From a virus: a DNA stretch of 64,000 bases. Positions 48,042 to 57,125 of this stretch are shown here, one piece after another (positions within the stretch are counted from its first letter, which is position 1; every line of letters starts with the position of its first letter). Made by a program: the position numbers and the translations under genes. The DNA lies in the IMG/VR virus record IMGVR_UViG_3300034683_000192, positions 64,001 through 128,000 of that record; one strand, given 5' to 3'. A model generated the notes under the pieces. The model saw only the letters and a list, made by a program, of their open reading frames with translations. It did not search any database and was not told the DNA's origin.

Positions 48042-48335
48042 TCACCGGTCGTCGTCAGATTCGATGCAGTAACTGTCTTCTTCTTCACGCTCGCAGACGA
48101 TGTACCCTGATCCTTCAAGTACACCAATCATCGCTTCGTAATTCAGAATCCCATCAGCATCTTCTGAATCGTAGGTGATGATGAGTACTGACGTAGATCC
48201 CGAAGTGGTTTCACCTGAGTCATCATCAGTGCTACCAGGAAATACGTAAGTATCTTCGACGCCATCTTTGGTCACAAAGATGACAATCGGATAAGTCTGT
48301 TCAATTTTTTCCTGAAACAAAAGCATATCGAACAT
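48042..48335 (-). CDS. Small acidic hypothetical protein
   Basis: 97 aa with AAGGAG RBS. Confidence 0.55.
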   Translation of the reverse strand: MFDMLLFQEKIEQTYPIVIFVTKDGVEDTYVFPGSTDDDSGETTSGSTSVLIITYDSEDADGILNYEAMIGVLEGSGYIVCEREEEDSYCIESDDDR

Positions 48336-48423
48336 GAAAGGCTCCTTGTTGAAAAAGTTGATGGTTTCACTATATTAGCCGTAGGTACACAATTGTGTAC
48401 CTACGGTGTATTGATTCGATAGA

Positions 48424-49182
48424 TCAGTCTTCGTCAAGAACGAAGCTATCACACTTTGGATCTACCAGGAAATAGACTTCCTTTCCAAGTGAGAGAGCTT
48501 TGAAAATTTCGTCACATGTCGAAACACCGATACGACCATTCGGATATCCTGGTTCAACAGGGTTTACGACATAGATCGCATCACTTGCGACGATCTTCCA
48601 GAAGTGGAGTTTGTCCAGACGTTTCTTGATCGGACCAGACATGTCGATATCGCCACAATGACCGAATACTCGTCCAGTCGAAATGGTAATATTTCCTTCG
48701 AGCGTGAGCTGGTGCTCCACGTCATCAAAGACTGCTTTGTGTTTCGAAGATCCACACAGAGTAACGATCTTCGGTCGTACACCAGATGGATAGGGATTGG
48801 CAGTAATTTTCACGATCTCTCCGGACAGAAGCGATTCGAGAGTTCGAATGTTCGGAAGGGTAGGAGTTTGGAATTCTTCAGTACTGAATGAGAGTTTTCC
48901 TACCGAATTGATGATCCCGCTATGAGAAATGAGAATTGCGAAATCTTCTTCTGGCATACCACAAACAATACCAGAGAAACACTGCATCAGCCTGCGAATA
49001 TCGAAGAGAAACGACGAATAATCGAAGTTTCTCGAAGTGATGGAGATATCGAGACAGACCGTACCTTTTTCACTTTCGGATTTTGTGATATTGTAATCTT
49101 TCCCGAGACGCCACAGAAGTTGCTGAATCTTCTGCTCCCAGGTATCTTTGTAGATGATGAAAATAAAACTCAGAGGTCCCAT
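48424..49182 (-). CDS. Protein with C-terminal nucleoside 2-deoxyribosyltransferase-like (DUF4406-like) domain
   Basis: IVTLCGSSKH...LHFWKIVASDAIYVVN...IGVSTCDEIFKALSLGKEVYFL; start moved to ATG 49182 (GGAGG RBS). Confidence 0.6.
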   Translation of the reverse strand: MGPLSFIFIIYKDTWEQKIQQLLWRLGKDYNITKSESEKGTVCLDISITSRNFDYSSFLFDIRRLMQCFSGIVCGMPEEDFAILISHSGIINSVGKLSFSTEEFQTPTLPNIRTLESLLSGEIVKITANPYPSGVRPKIVTLCGSSKHKAVFDDVEHQLTLEGNITISTGRVFGHCGDIDMSGPIKKRLDKLHFWKIVASDAIYVVNPVEPGYPNGRIGVSTCDEIFKALSLGKEVYFLVDPKCDSFVLDED

Positions 49183-49195
49183 ACATTTTCCTCCC

Positions 49196-49564
49196 TTAGA
49201 AGTTTCGAATGTACACAAGCTCACAGCGATTGGATAATATCTCGTACCTGGTAAATTTTCGCAGCCATTCTTGGCGTTTACACGGAGGAATGTCAGTATG
49301 AATAGGCAATCCTTCGTATACACCAAATGATTTGATTATGTTTTTTGGTACATCAAGTTCCACAAAAATACGATATTCCGTACCAAAAAGCATTCGGCAG
49401 AAATTTCGAATATCTTCAAGGAACTCTTCATCAGTATCACTACACTTTCCAGAAAAGAGAGTAATCAATAAGTAACTTTCGTACTTAATGTTGCAGACTT
49501 TCGAAGTCAATACTTGTAATTCAGTACAGTACTGACTCGGGACAAATCCGGCGATTTTCGCCAT
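49196..49564 (-). CDS. Hypothetical protein (TATATTAC upstream)
   Basis: 122 aa with GGAGGAG RBS. Confidence 0.6.
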   Translation of the reverse strand: MAKIAGFVPSQYCTELQVLTSKVCNIKYESYLLITLFSGKCSDTDEEFLEDIRNFCRMLFGTEYRIFVELDVPKNIIKSFGVYEGLPIHTDIPPCKRQEWLRKFTRYEILSNRCELVYIRNF

Positions 49565-49606
49565 TGGTATCTCCTCCCACAGGGATTTGATTGACAGTCC
49601 AAACTT

Positions 49607-49614
49607 GTAATATA
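49607..49614 (-). promoter_or_regulatory. TATATTAC motif
   Basis: Upstream of 49564, downstream of a hairpin. Confidence 0.6.
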
Positions 49615-49679
49615 TAGATGCATTTCTAACGAGAACCCTAGGGTGCGGATTACCGCACCCTAGGTATTTTCAGTGCAAA

Positions 49680-52600
49680 CTATTCTTCAGTGTCGATTCC
49701 TGGAATCTTGATCTTGTCGGCGATGCTCTCGTAGGTATTGCGCATGGTCGATTCCTGCGCTTTACCCTTATTCCATCTGGACACTGGAGTATAGAACCCG
49801 ACGACTCTGGAGTAAGTCTCAGCACCACAGCCACATTTCGGGCAAGCATCAACTTTTCCAGGAAGATATCCATGTGATGCACACACAGAATAATCCGGAG
49901 AAATCGTGATGTACGGAATGTGGTAATTCGTGCAAAGCTTCTTGACCAAGTTCTTTACGACATTGTGATCTTTGATCGCTTCACCAAGAAGAACATGAAG
50001 TACTGTACCACCAGTGTAAATGGTCTGCAGACCATCCTGATGTTCAAATACTTCGATGATGTCGTCACTGTAATCGACAGGTACCTGAGTCGAGTTGGTG
50101 TAAAACGGCTCGGCACCGAGAATCTTGGAAGAAGCTGTGATGATGTCAGGATACTTCTTCGAGTTCAGTTTGGCAAGACGATAGCAGACACCTTCAGCTG
50201 GAGTTGCTTCCAGGTTGTAAAGGTATCCTGTTTCCTGCTTGAACTGATCACATTTGTCACGCATGAACCGAAGAACCTTCTCAGCAAATGCTTTGCCTCT
50301 TTCGGTAGTGATCGGTTCACCGAAGAGATTGAGGCATGCTTCATTACCACCGACGAGGCCGATCGTCGAGAAGTGATTGTGGAAGTATTCTCCATGTCTT
50401 GCAAAAGAGTCCTGAAGGTATACCTTCGAGAACGGGTAAAGACCAAGCTTTGTCTGCTGTTCGACGAAAGTCCGCTTGTCTTCGAGAAGTTCCTTCGCGA
50501 TATGCATGTACTTGTCAAGGTATTCGAAGAACTTGGATTCATCGCCCTTGGCAAGATATGCGAACAGCGGAAGGTTCTGAGTAACCACCCCAACGGAACC
50601 AGTCATGGGGTTGGCATTGAAGATACCACCACTTCTCTGACGCAGTTCGTTGTTGTCAAGCTGAAGATGGCAGTTATGCGTGACCATACCACCTTCTTTG
50701 AGCTCGAAGAGATGGTCATCGGATCCGACGGAGATGCAGTACGCGTAAGGTGCGGTTTTCTTCTGCTTCTCGATTTTCGTGATCGGAACCATGATGAACT
50801 CACCATGTACGAATGCACCCTTGGGGAGAGTGGAGAGATCTCTTCCAGTAATGCTGTACGGAACGAAAGCACCCACTTCGAGAGTATCCGCACTATACGT
50901 GCGCATATCTGTAAGCTCATGTTTTCCTTCCGTGTTCTTCTTGAGATACATTCGAGGTTGTTGATGGTTGTTCTCGAATGTAACTCCATCTGGATCATAC
51001 GCTGTCTTTACGGTAACAAATCCGTCAGGAGAAACCGCAACGACCCCAGTGACAGGAATTTCTTTTCCATTCAATCTGACGTAGTAGCCATCACCATTCA
51101 CGTAATGTCCATCAGGATCGCATCTATTTATCAGGTGATGATGAATCGAACTGATATCCATGATCAGCCAATTACCATTCATCTTGATGGAGATCTTCTC
51201 GTCAGGATGAAGCGGACACATGGATCTGATATCTTCAGGATTGAGATCTGAGTTCACGAAGTTCGTGAAATAGGGAGCACCGTATTTTGCTGCAAGCATC
51301 CACAGTGCATCGAGATTTTCGTTATCCCAGTTGAACTCTTTGGTGATGTTGTAGTTCGGAATTGGGAAAGAGAACTGGCGACCGGATGCATCTCCCTTGA
51401 GCATGACTTCACAGAATGCTCGGTTGAACATATCCATTTCTTCCTGAAAATCCCCGTAGGTATCGGAATCATGGAATTGTCCACCATGAATCACAGGTTC
51501 ATTCTTCATGTACGAAGGAACCGTAAGATCCATTGAAACATTCGTGAAGGGGCAATTTCCGGTAATGAAAGGAACACCGTTTTCTGCCTTGCAAATAAAC
51601 GTACCGGTATCAGTAGTCGGGCACCAGACCACCCCATCAAAATCAACGACATCGGACGTCACTGACGCATGTGACTTTTTGTACACAGTCACAGTGTCAG
51701 TACACGACAGCTGACGATTTCTCTTTGATCCGTATCCTGACAGCACGAGTAGAGACTGAATACACTCCGCCATGTAATCATTTTTCTTACCGATACGAAT
51801 ACGACCATTTGGCTCAATGTGCCCATCTGCATGAATCATCGTTTCGAGAAGAATTTCAATCTGTTCCACCGAAGCGTGGTTGATGAAATCCAAGGGAATG
51901 GCTTCTCGGTTTCCGCCAGTGTATTCCAAGATTTTCTTGGCGTAATCTCCCTTCACATCGAACCGATATACTTCATCGCCGTATCCACCACCGCCAGCGG
52001 TATTTGCGTACCAGTCCGCATCCAGACGAATGAGAAGATTTGCGACTTCGTGTGCATATTTTTTCGGTGACTGGTAGATACGAAGTCTGCTGCTGCGAAG
52101 ATCCATATGGCAGTCAGTAAGTGCCCATCCAAGCAGTCGGATTTCGTCGTTGGTCATGTCAACACCACGACGATTTACACGACCGGCAAGAGGGATATCG
52201 ATCGGTGTACGATACTTCTGATAAATATCTCCAGAAGTTTCGATTACGTAACTCGACGAGTTGAATTTACGTCGAATTGTGCGGTGATCGGGTGTGGTAA
52301 GAATATTCAATTTTCTTCCATGGAAATTGATCATCTTTCCACTGTAATCATAAACATTGACTCGCGTCAGTACATCAAGACGAATTTCTCCGGTATCTTT
52401 ATCGAACACGTAGATCGGATCTCCGATTCGAAGTTCGTCATGACTTTTCCACCCTTCTGGAGTAAGACAGGTGTACGTGTCAGGTACGCACTGGAAGCCT
52501 ACTCTGGTCTTAGTCGTCATGTTGTGGAAGAATTGCTGAAGCTTCTGCTTCACTTCTTTATACGTCAGACCATCATAACGAATGAATGGTGCGAGATAGG

Positions 52601-53294
52601 TATCGAAGTTACTGAATGCCTGAGCACCAGCTGCTTCACCTTGCATGGTAAAGAGGAAGTTCCAGCACTGGCCGAGAGCCACATCGAAATGCTTCGCAGG
52701 TCCAGCATCATTGGCGCCTTCGACACCACCGAAACCTACGAGAAGCACCTGCTTGATGTCCCACCCACAGCAGTAGGGAGCAAGCAGATTGAGATCGTGA
52801 ATATGCAAGAAACCATCGACGTGAGCAGCTCTGGCATCAGGAGAATAAATTTCGTTCAGCCAGTAGAGAGACATCGCCTTAGCGGCAACGTAATGATTGA
52901 GTCCCTGCAGGGAATACCCCATATTGGAGTTTTCCTTGATAGACCATTCTTCCTTACCAAGGTATTCCTTGACAAGGTTGATGAGTGCTGAATCGGAAAG
53001 ATTACGTACATCTTCACGATGCTGACGATAGATGATGTACTTTTTTGCTGTACCGTAATGTCGTGCGTACATGAGCGCACGTTCGACGAAATTCTGGATA
53101 TCTTCGATGGTAATGACATTCGACGAATCGAACTCATTCTGTATGTCATACAGAACAAGGTCAGTGATCTTGACTGCGTCCACTGATTCACCAGACGAAG
53201 CAGCTGCTTTCGAAATGGCGATTTCGATCTTCTTACGATCGAACGGTACTGCAGTCTTTCCGTCGCGTTTCATCACAGTCGTCGGCTGAAGCAT
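49680..53294 (-). CDS. nrdD: Class III anaerobic ribonucleoside-triphosphate reductase with ATP cone and two inteins
   Basis: ATP cone VMKRDG..VPFDRKKI; HIHDL; AGAQAF; PFTN; RSMC; TIGLVG; YNLEATPAEG; YTGGTV; C-terminal zinc ribbon and glycyl-radical loop YSRVVGFY. About 711 aa after removing both inteins. Confidence 0.95.
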   Translation of the reverse strand: MLQPTTVMKRDGKTAVPFDRKKIEIAISKAAASSGESVDAVKITDLVLYDIQNEFDSSNVITIEDIQNFVERALMYARHYGTAKKYIIYRQHREDVRNLSDSALINLVKEYLGKEEWSIKENSNMGYSLQGLNHYVAAKAMSLYWLNEIYSPDARAAHVDGFLHIHDLNLLAPYCCGWDIKQVLLVGFGGVEGANDAGPAKHFDVALGQCWNFLFTMQGEAAGAQAFSNFDTYLAPFIRYDGLTYKEVKQKLQQFFHNMTTKTRVGFQCVPDTYTCLTPEGWKSHDELRIGDPIYVFDKDTGEIRLDVLTRVNVYDYSGKMINFHGRKLNILTTPDHRTIRRKFNSSSYVIETSGDIYQKYRTPIDIPLAGRVNRRGVDMTNDEIRLLGWALTDCHMDLRSSRLRIYQSPKKYAHEVANLLIRLDADWYANTAGGGGYGDEVYRFDVKGDYAKKILEYTGGNREAIPLDFINHASVEQIEILLETMIHADGHIEPNGRIRIGKKNDYMAECIQSLLVLSGYGSKRNRQLSCTDTVTVYKKSHASVTSDVVDFDGVVWCPTTDTGTFICKAENGVPFITGNCPFTNVSMDLTVPSYMKNEPVIHGGQFHDSDTYGDFQEEMDMFNRAFCEVMLKGDASGRQFSFPIPNYNITKEFNWDNENLDALWMLAAKYGAPYFTNFVNSDLNPEDIRSMCPLHPDEKISIKMNGNWLIMDISSIHHHLINRCDPDGHYVNGDGYYVRLNGKEIPVTGVVAVSPDGFVTVKTAYDPDGVTFENNHQQPRMYLKKNTEGKHELTDMRTYSADTLEVGAFVPYSITGRDLSTLPKGAFVHGEFIMVPITKIEKQKKTAPYAYCISVGSDDHLFELKEGGMVTHNCHLQLDNNELRQRSGGIFNANPMTGSVGVVTQNLPLFAYLAKGDESKFFEYLDKYMHIAKELLEDKRTFVEQQTKLGLYPFSKVYLQDSFARHGEYFHNHFSTIGLVGGNEACLNLFGEPITTERGKAFAEKVLRFMRDKCDQFKQETGYLYNLEATPAEGVCYRLAKLNSKKYPDIITASSKILGAEPFYTNSTQVPVDYSDDIIEVFEHQDGLQTIYTGGTVLHVLLGEAIKDHNVVKNLVKKLCTNYHIPYITISPDYSVCASHGYLPGKVDACPKCGCGAETYSRVVGFYTPVSRWNKGKAQESTMRNTYESIADKIKIPGIDTEE
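50673..51215 (-). mobile_element. Intein 2 in NrdD (mini-intein, ~181 aa), probably starting with Pro
   Basis: RSMC|PLHPDEK...AYCISV...MVTHN|CHLQLD; no endonuclease motifs. Confidence 0.85.
51555..52490 (-). mobile_element. Intein 1 in NrdD (312 aa) with LAGLIDADG-type homing endonuclease
   Basis: GFQ|CVPDTY...ITGN|CPFTN; endonuclease blocks LLGWALTDCH and LLETMIHADG; block F/G VWCPTTDTGTF. Confidence 0.9.
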
Positions 53295-53599
53295 GAGTAA
53301 GTCTCCATGAATGTTGGTATGGGAGATAAGTGGCAGATGGAACATAGCATACCTTGTTAAGTAGGAAGATAAAATCGAAGTCAGAACAAAAAAGAAATTG
53401 ACCCATTTTAAGGAGACTAGGAGAGAGATACGTCCTGTATCTCTCTCCTAGCTGATTCCTTAATACGAGTAATTCTTTGCTTCCTGAGTACATGAGTAAA
53501 CGTACCGTGCGAGAAGGAAGCGCGTGATGCGTCCACTATTCGTGGAGTTTATTGTCCTGACAGACTAATACTGAGAGTGTGTTTTGTGTGACCTTAAAA

Positions 53600-53917
53600 C
53601 TAATTCCGGCACTGTAAGCGGTAGTCTGTCGTGGTCGGGGGCTTCTTATGCATGAACACGGATTCTCTGGCAGGTATACCAATCAGTTCCGTGTACCGCA
53701 TACTCCGCATTCCTGTCCTGAGTACCTCGATGGTGAGGCACCGGCTGACGTCAATGGCAGCAAGAATATGCTCACCATCCATCAGATCGAGATGCGGAAG
53801 AAACCCGGGAAGATTACTCTTCACCAATTTGAGCTCAAGCTCGATTTTCGGATACCGTTTGCGGACATCCATGACCGAGTCATTGAGCTCTCTCAAAATG
53901 TCATTGAGGGTGCTCAT
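53600..53917 (-). CDS. Hypothetical protein (TATATTAC upstream)
   Basis: ATG 53917 with GAGG RBS. Confidence 0.6.
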   Translation of the reverse strand: MSTLNDILRELNDSVMDVRKRYPKIELELKLVKSNLPGFLPHLDLMDGEHILAAIDVSRCLTIEVLRTGMRSMRYTELIGIPARESVFMHKKPPTTTDYRLQCRN

Positions 53918-53957
53918 AAAGACCTCGAAAGTTAGAAGTTTAAGAAGGTTCACAGTA

Positions 53958-53965
53958 GTAATATA
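53958..53965 (-). promoter_or_regulatory. TATATTAC motif
   Basis: Upstream of 53917. Confidence 0.55.
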
Positions 53966-54193
53966 TTTCTAAGAGCTACATGAATGACAATAATACTATA
54001 CTAGTTTCGAGAGTGTTCAGGGTTTCATTCTCGAAGCGCCTTACGTTCCTGGCGTAAGGTACTTTCTTCTTTGCAGACCGGTAAGTTGTCGGAGCCTCCC
54101 AACTGCAGGTGGGTCTTCGGACCCATCTGCAAAAAAAAAATAAACTTTATGCTGCACTCTGTGTGGAAGGGAGAAGGGTTTCCCCTTCTTCCC

Positions 54194-54505
54194 TTACCAC
54201 GACAGGGCACCGTTCCACACGATGGCGGCAGAATCGTTGTTCACGTTGCGCACGCGATTGTATGCACCACAGATCTGCGAAAGGCGGCTATTGGTGTAGC
54301 TGAGCATGCGCGCAGCTTCTTCATACGGAAGTTCCATTTCGCAGGTACGTCCGTCAACGGTGACGGCAACGGCGAACAGACTGTTGTTGTTAGCGGCGAT
54401 GCGACGCATTTCCACGGTATACTCGATCTCACGTTCGACCGTGTTGACCATACCGATGAGCTGACGGCCAAGGCGGCCGAACAGAGTGTTAAGAGCGCGG
54501 ATCAT
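54194..54505 (-). CDS. Hypothetical protein, GC-richer than its surroundings
   Basis: 103 aa with AGGAG RBS, TACATTAC upstream and a hairpin downstream. Confidence 0.7.
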   Translation of the reverse strand: MIRALNTLFGRLGRQLIGMVNTVEREIEYTVEMRRIAANNNSLFAVAVTVDGRTCEMELPYEEAARMLSYTNSRLSQICGAYNRVRNVNNDSAAIVWNGALSW

Positions 54506-54564
54506 GATGGACTCCTGTGTTTGTTTTGGTTAGTTTAGAAGCCCTTTTAAGCTTCTTCACAGGA

Positions 54565-54572
54565 GTAATGTA
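54565..54572 (-). promoter_or_regulatory. TACATTAC variant motif
   Basis: Upstream of 54505. Confidence 0.5.
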
Positions 54573-54629
54573 TAAACGACTAAAGATGAATGACATTTTT
54601 AAGGAGGATCCCCGCAAGGGGATCACTCC

Positions 54630-55181
54630 TTAAATTTGGTGTCTTCGTGATCTTAGATATTTCTGGACTGCCAGTCGGGCATCCCAATATACTCGTTTCT
54701 TCGCTGACGCATATTTAAGCTGAATGCTTGCTTGTTTTTTGTGTGTATCAGTTCCATCCGTTTCGAGCTTTACTAATAACTTAGAAAAGCTCTCGCACGA
54801 TTGAATGCTTTTGGATAAAATGTCATCAAGTTCTCCTAGTATCTTACTAGGAGGACCATACATGGACTGGTGACCACATAGCTGACATCTTCGATTATAT
54901 TCAATCATAAAACACGCTCTATACGCAACGTATTTTGCTGTAGTCTGAACAAGTTTATCCTGTTCAGGTAATGTATATTCATTTACTATCGCTTTTTGTA
55001 ACTCAGCGATATGTCGTTCTTCTTCTACCATGAGATTTACTAGTTTCTCATGCATATCCTGCAATTCTGGACTAAGTGTAACTGCAGTCTTTTTTGATTT
55101 AGGAAAAATGTAGTGGAACAATATTACCACTACTCCTGACAAGATGCCGATGGTAATGAATAATACATCATCCATTGTCAT
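54630..55181 (-). CDS. Membrane-anchored coiled-coil hypothetical protein
   Basis: N-terminal TM VLFITIGILSGVVVILF followed by a helical body. Confidence 0.65.
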   Translation of the reverse strand: MTMDDVLFITIGILSGVVVILFHYIFPKSKKTAVTLSPELQDMHEKLVNLMVEEERHIAELQKAIVNEYTLPEQDKLVQTTAKYVAYRACFMIEYNRRCQLCGHQSMYGPPSKILGELDDILSKSIQSCESFSKLLVKLETDGTDTHKKQASIQLKYASAKKRVYWDARLAVQKYLRSRRHQI

Positions 55182-55282
55182 GGATCTTGATCCTCGTGTG
55201 AAAGTACGTGTAGTGTATCGTTACAGATGATGGTCAATAGAAATATAGGAGGAATCCGCCAGATAGGCGGATCCTCTTTGAG

Positions 55283-56557
55283 TTAATGTCGCATATTGAG
55301 ATCGTCGATCAGTGAATCAATACAGTAAATATCTCTTCGTGTTTGATCACATACCGACGGATCCAGATAATTGTTCTCAGTGTAATACTTGTGACCAAGC
55401 ATATCCGGAGTGGGTACATCCGATGCAAACTGTTTGAATACGAATGACCGAAGTGAGAAGTATGACTTCTTCAGATCTTCTGGGTAAATAGTTCGTCCTT
55501 TGTCATAGCTCATCGAGATCAGAGTTTCGACAAAGTATCTATTGTTCAAATGCCCAGGACCCATAATAGCACTCCAGCCACTGGCGAATGCCATGTTCAT
55601 TGGATACTTTCGAGCAATATCTTTACATGCATCCTCCGCTATACCTGATCCAGTCAAACGGTACAACGTCGCAGCATTGAAGAAGTTACTGTGCGCTGTA
55701 AACCAAGATACAAGATACACTCGTCCAAGAAAGATCGAAAGATCTCCTGGACTAGTGATGAGTAGCGGGAAGTAACATACCAGAAGTACTCGGTAGAACC
55801 AAAGGTATTTCTTTTCCCATGTGATTTCATATCCTAGTCTGAACCATGTAAGAAGTCGAATTACATCTGGTCCAAGTCCAAACCAACGATAGAGATACCC
55901 CCGATCATCGTCAGCTTTGACTCTACCTAATTCACATGCAGCGTTTCCGAAATGAAGGAGATGTCCTTTGTTTCCATGTCTATCGGTACGACGAAATGTA
56001 GTCTGTTCGAAAAGATTGACTAGCTTCGCCAGATCGGATTTGGTTAGTTCTACAGAAGGATGATCGTTACGTATCACTTCTGTGAGCCATGCCATTAGAC
56101 CAACAACCATATCACCAGAGAAATTCACAGTAGTGTATCTATCTGGATGATTGTTTGGATATCTGCCGATATATCCATCATCACCTACATACGACAGAAG
56201 TAGTCTGTGTAGTCGATATATGTAGTTTTCTATATCTGGTGGGACAATCTTGGATGTACCTAATGCGCCCATCTTCTTTTGTGTCGAAAAATATCGAATA
56301 AGTGACGATGCGTAAAGTCCGAGCCACTTAAACGAATCTCCATCGTCAGTCAGTTTGAGAAAATCGTAGTTATAGATCCTGTGATTGAATTCTGAATTCT
56401 TCTGGAGTTTAAATCCATACGTTTTAGCTGAACGCATCAGCGAATAAGTGATGGATGGAAACCACAGACACCGACTCACGACAGATATCACTACCTTCAC
56501 AGGTTGAAGCAAAATGATATCTATCATGAAGAACAGAATGAGTAATACGTAATTCAT
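55283..56557 (-). CDS. Hypothetical protein
   Basis: 424 aa with a hydrophobic N-terminus; no firm motif. Confidence 0.7.
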   Translation of the reverse strand: MNYVLLILFFMIDIILLQPVKVVISVVSRCLWFPSITYSLMRSAKTYGFKLQKNSEFNHRIYNYDFLKLTDDGDSFKWLGLYASSLIRYFSTQKKMGALGTSKIVPPDIENYIYRLHRLLLSYVGDDGYIGRYPNNHPDRYTTVNFSGDMVVGLMAWLTEVIRNDHPSVELTKSDLAKLVNLFEQTTFRRTDRHGNKGHLLHFGNAACELGRVKADDDRGYLYRWFGLGPDVIRLLTWFRLGYEITWEKKYLWFYRVLLVCYFPLLITSPGDLSIFLGRVYLVSWFTAHSNFFNAATLYRLTGSGIAEDACKDIARKYPMNMAFASGWSAIMGPGHLNNRYFVETLISMSYDKGRTIYPEDLKKSYFSLRSFVFKQFASDVPTPDMLGHKYYTENNYLDPSVCDQTRRDIYCIDSLIDDLNMRH

Positions 56558-56576
56558 TGTCCACCTGATCCTTTGA

Positions 56577-57122
56577 TTAGTCGGATATGCGGACCGCCCC
56601 CGGCCTCATAGGATCGATGTAGTAAATTCGAACATTTTTTCGTTCAGCGTACTGAAGACATGCGTATGTTCCTCCAGTATTCTTACCATCGATGTGTACT
56701 GCAATTACGAAGGATGAATTATTTACCATCCACGCATTACGTGCGTGCATTTTCCATGCTGCATATGGATCAGGATTTACGTCAACTATGTCATCAGCAG
56801 CTTCACACAACTGATGAAATTTTTTCTGAATATGTGGAGGCCACTTGATGTGCTGTGAAGGAAATGGTCGAGCAATGATCGACTTGATATCAGAAAAAGT
56901 TTCACGTATATCGTGTACTTCTTCTGCTGCCCACTGATCCACACCCAATGCTCCACCAGTAATGAAGGTTCTGATGTTGTAGGTATGGTACATGGTAAGG
57001 ATAGCAGTTCTCAAAAGTTCTTTGATGTTGAACTCAACGTCTCGTTCAGTGAAACCGAGCTCCTGAAGAGCAGCTGGGCGATGTCCAGTAAAACAGACTG
57101 AGTATTCTGGGTCAATATGCAT
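56577..57122 (-). CDS. SLOG superfamily protein, YspA/DUF1273-like
   Basis: CFTGHRP, FITGGALGVDQWAAE, RNAWMVNNS, GGTYACLQYA. Confidence 0.88.
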   Translation of the reverse strand: MHIDPEYSVCFTGHRPAALQELGFTERDVEFNIKELLRTAILTMYHTYNIRTFITGGALGVDQWAAEEVHDIRETFSDIKSIIARPFPSQHIKWPPHIQKKFHQLCEAADDIVDVNPDPYAAWKMHARNAWMVNNSSFVIAVHIDGKNTGGTYACLQYAERKNVRIYYIDPMRPGAVRISD

Positions 57123-57125
57123 CTC

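Noticed and set aside
54025-54210. ORF-track protein MPCRGKGRRGNP...
   Set aside because: It runs through a terminator hairpin and poly-T tract with no RBS; more likely non-coding.
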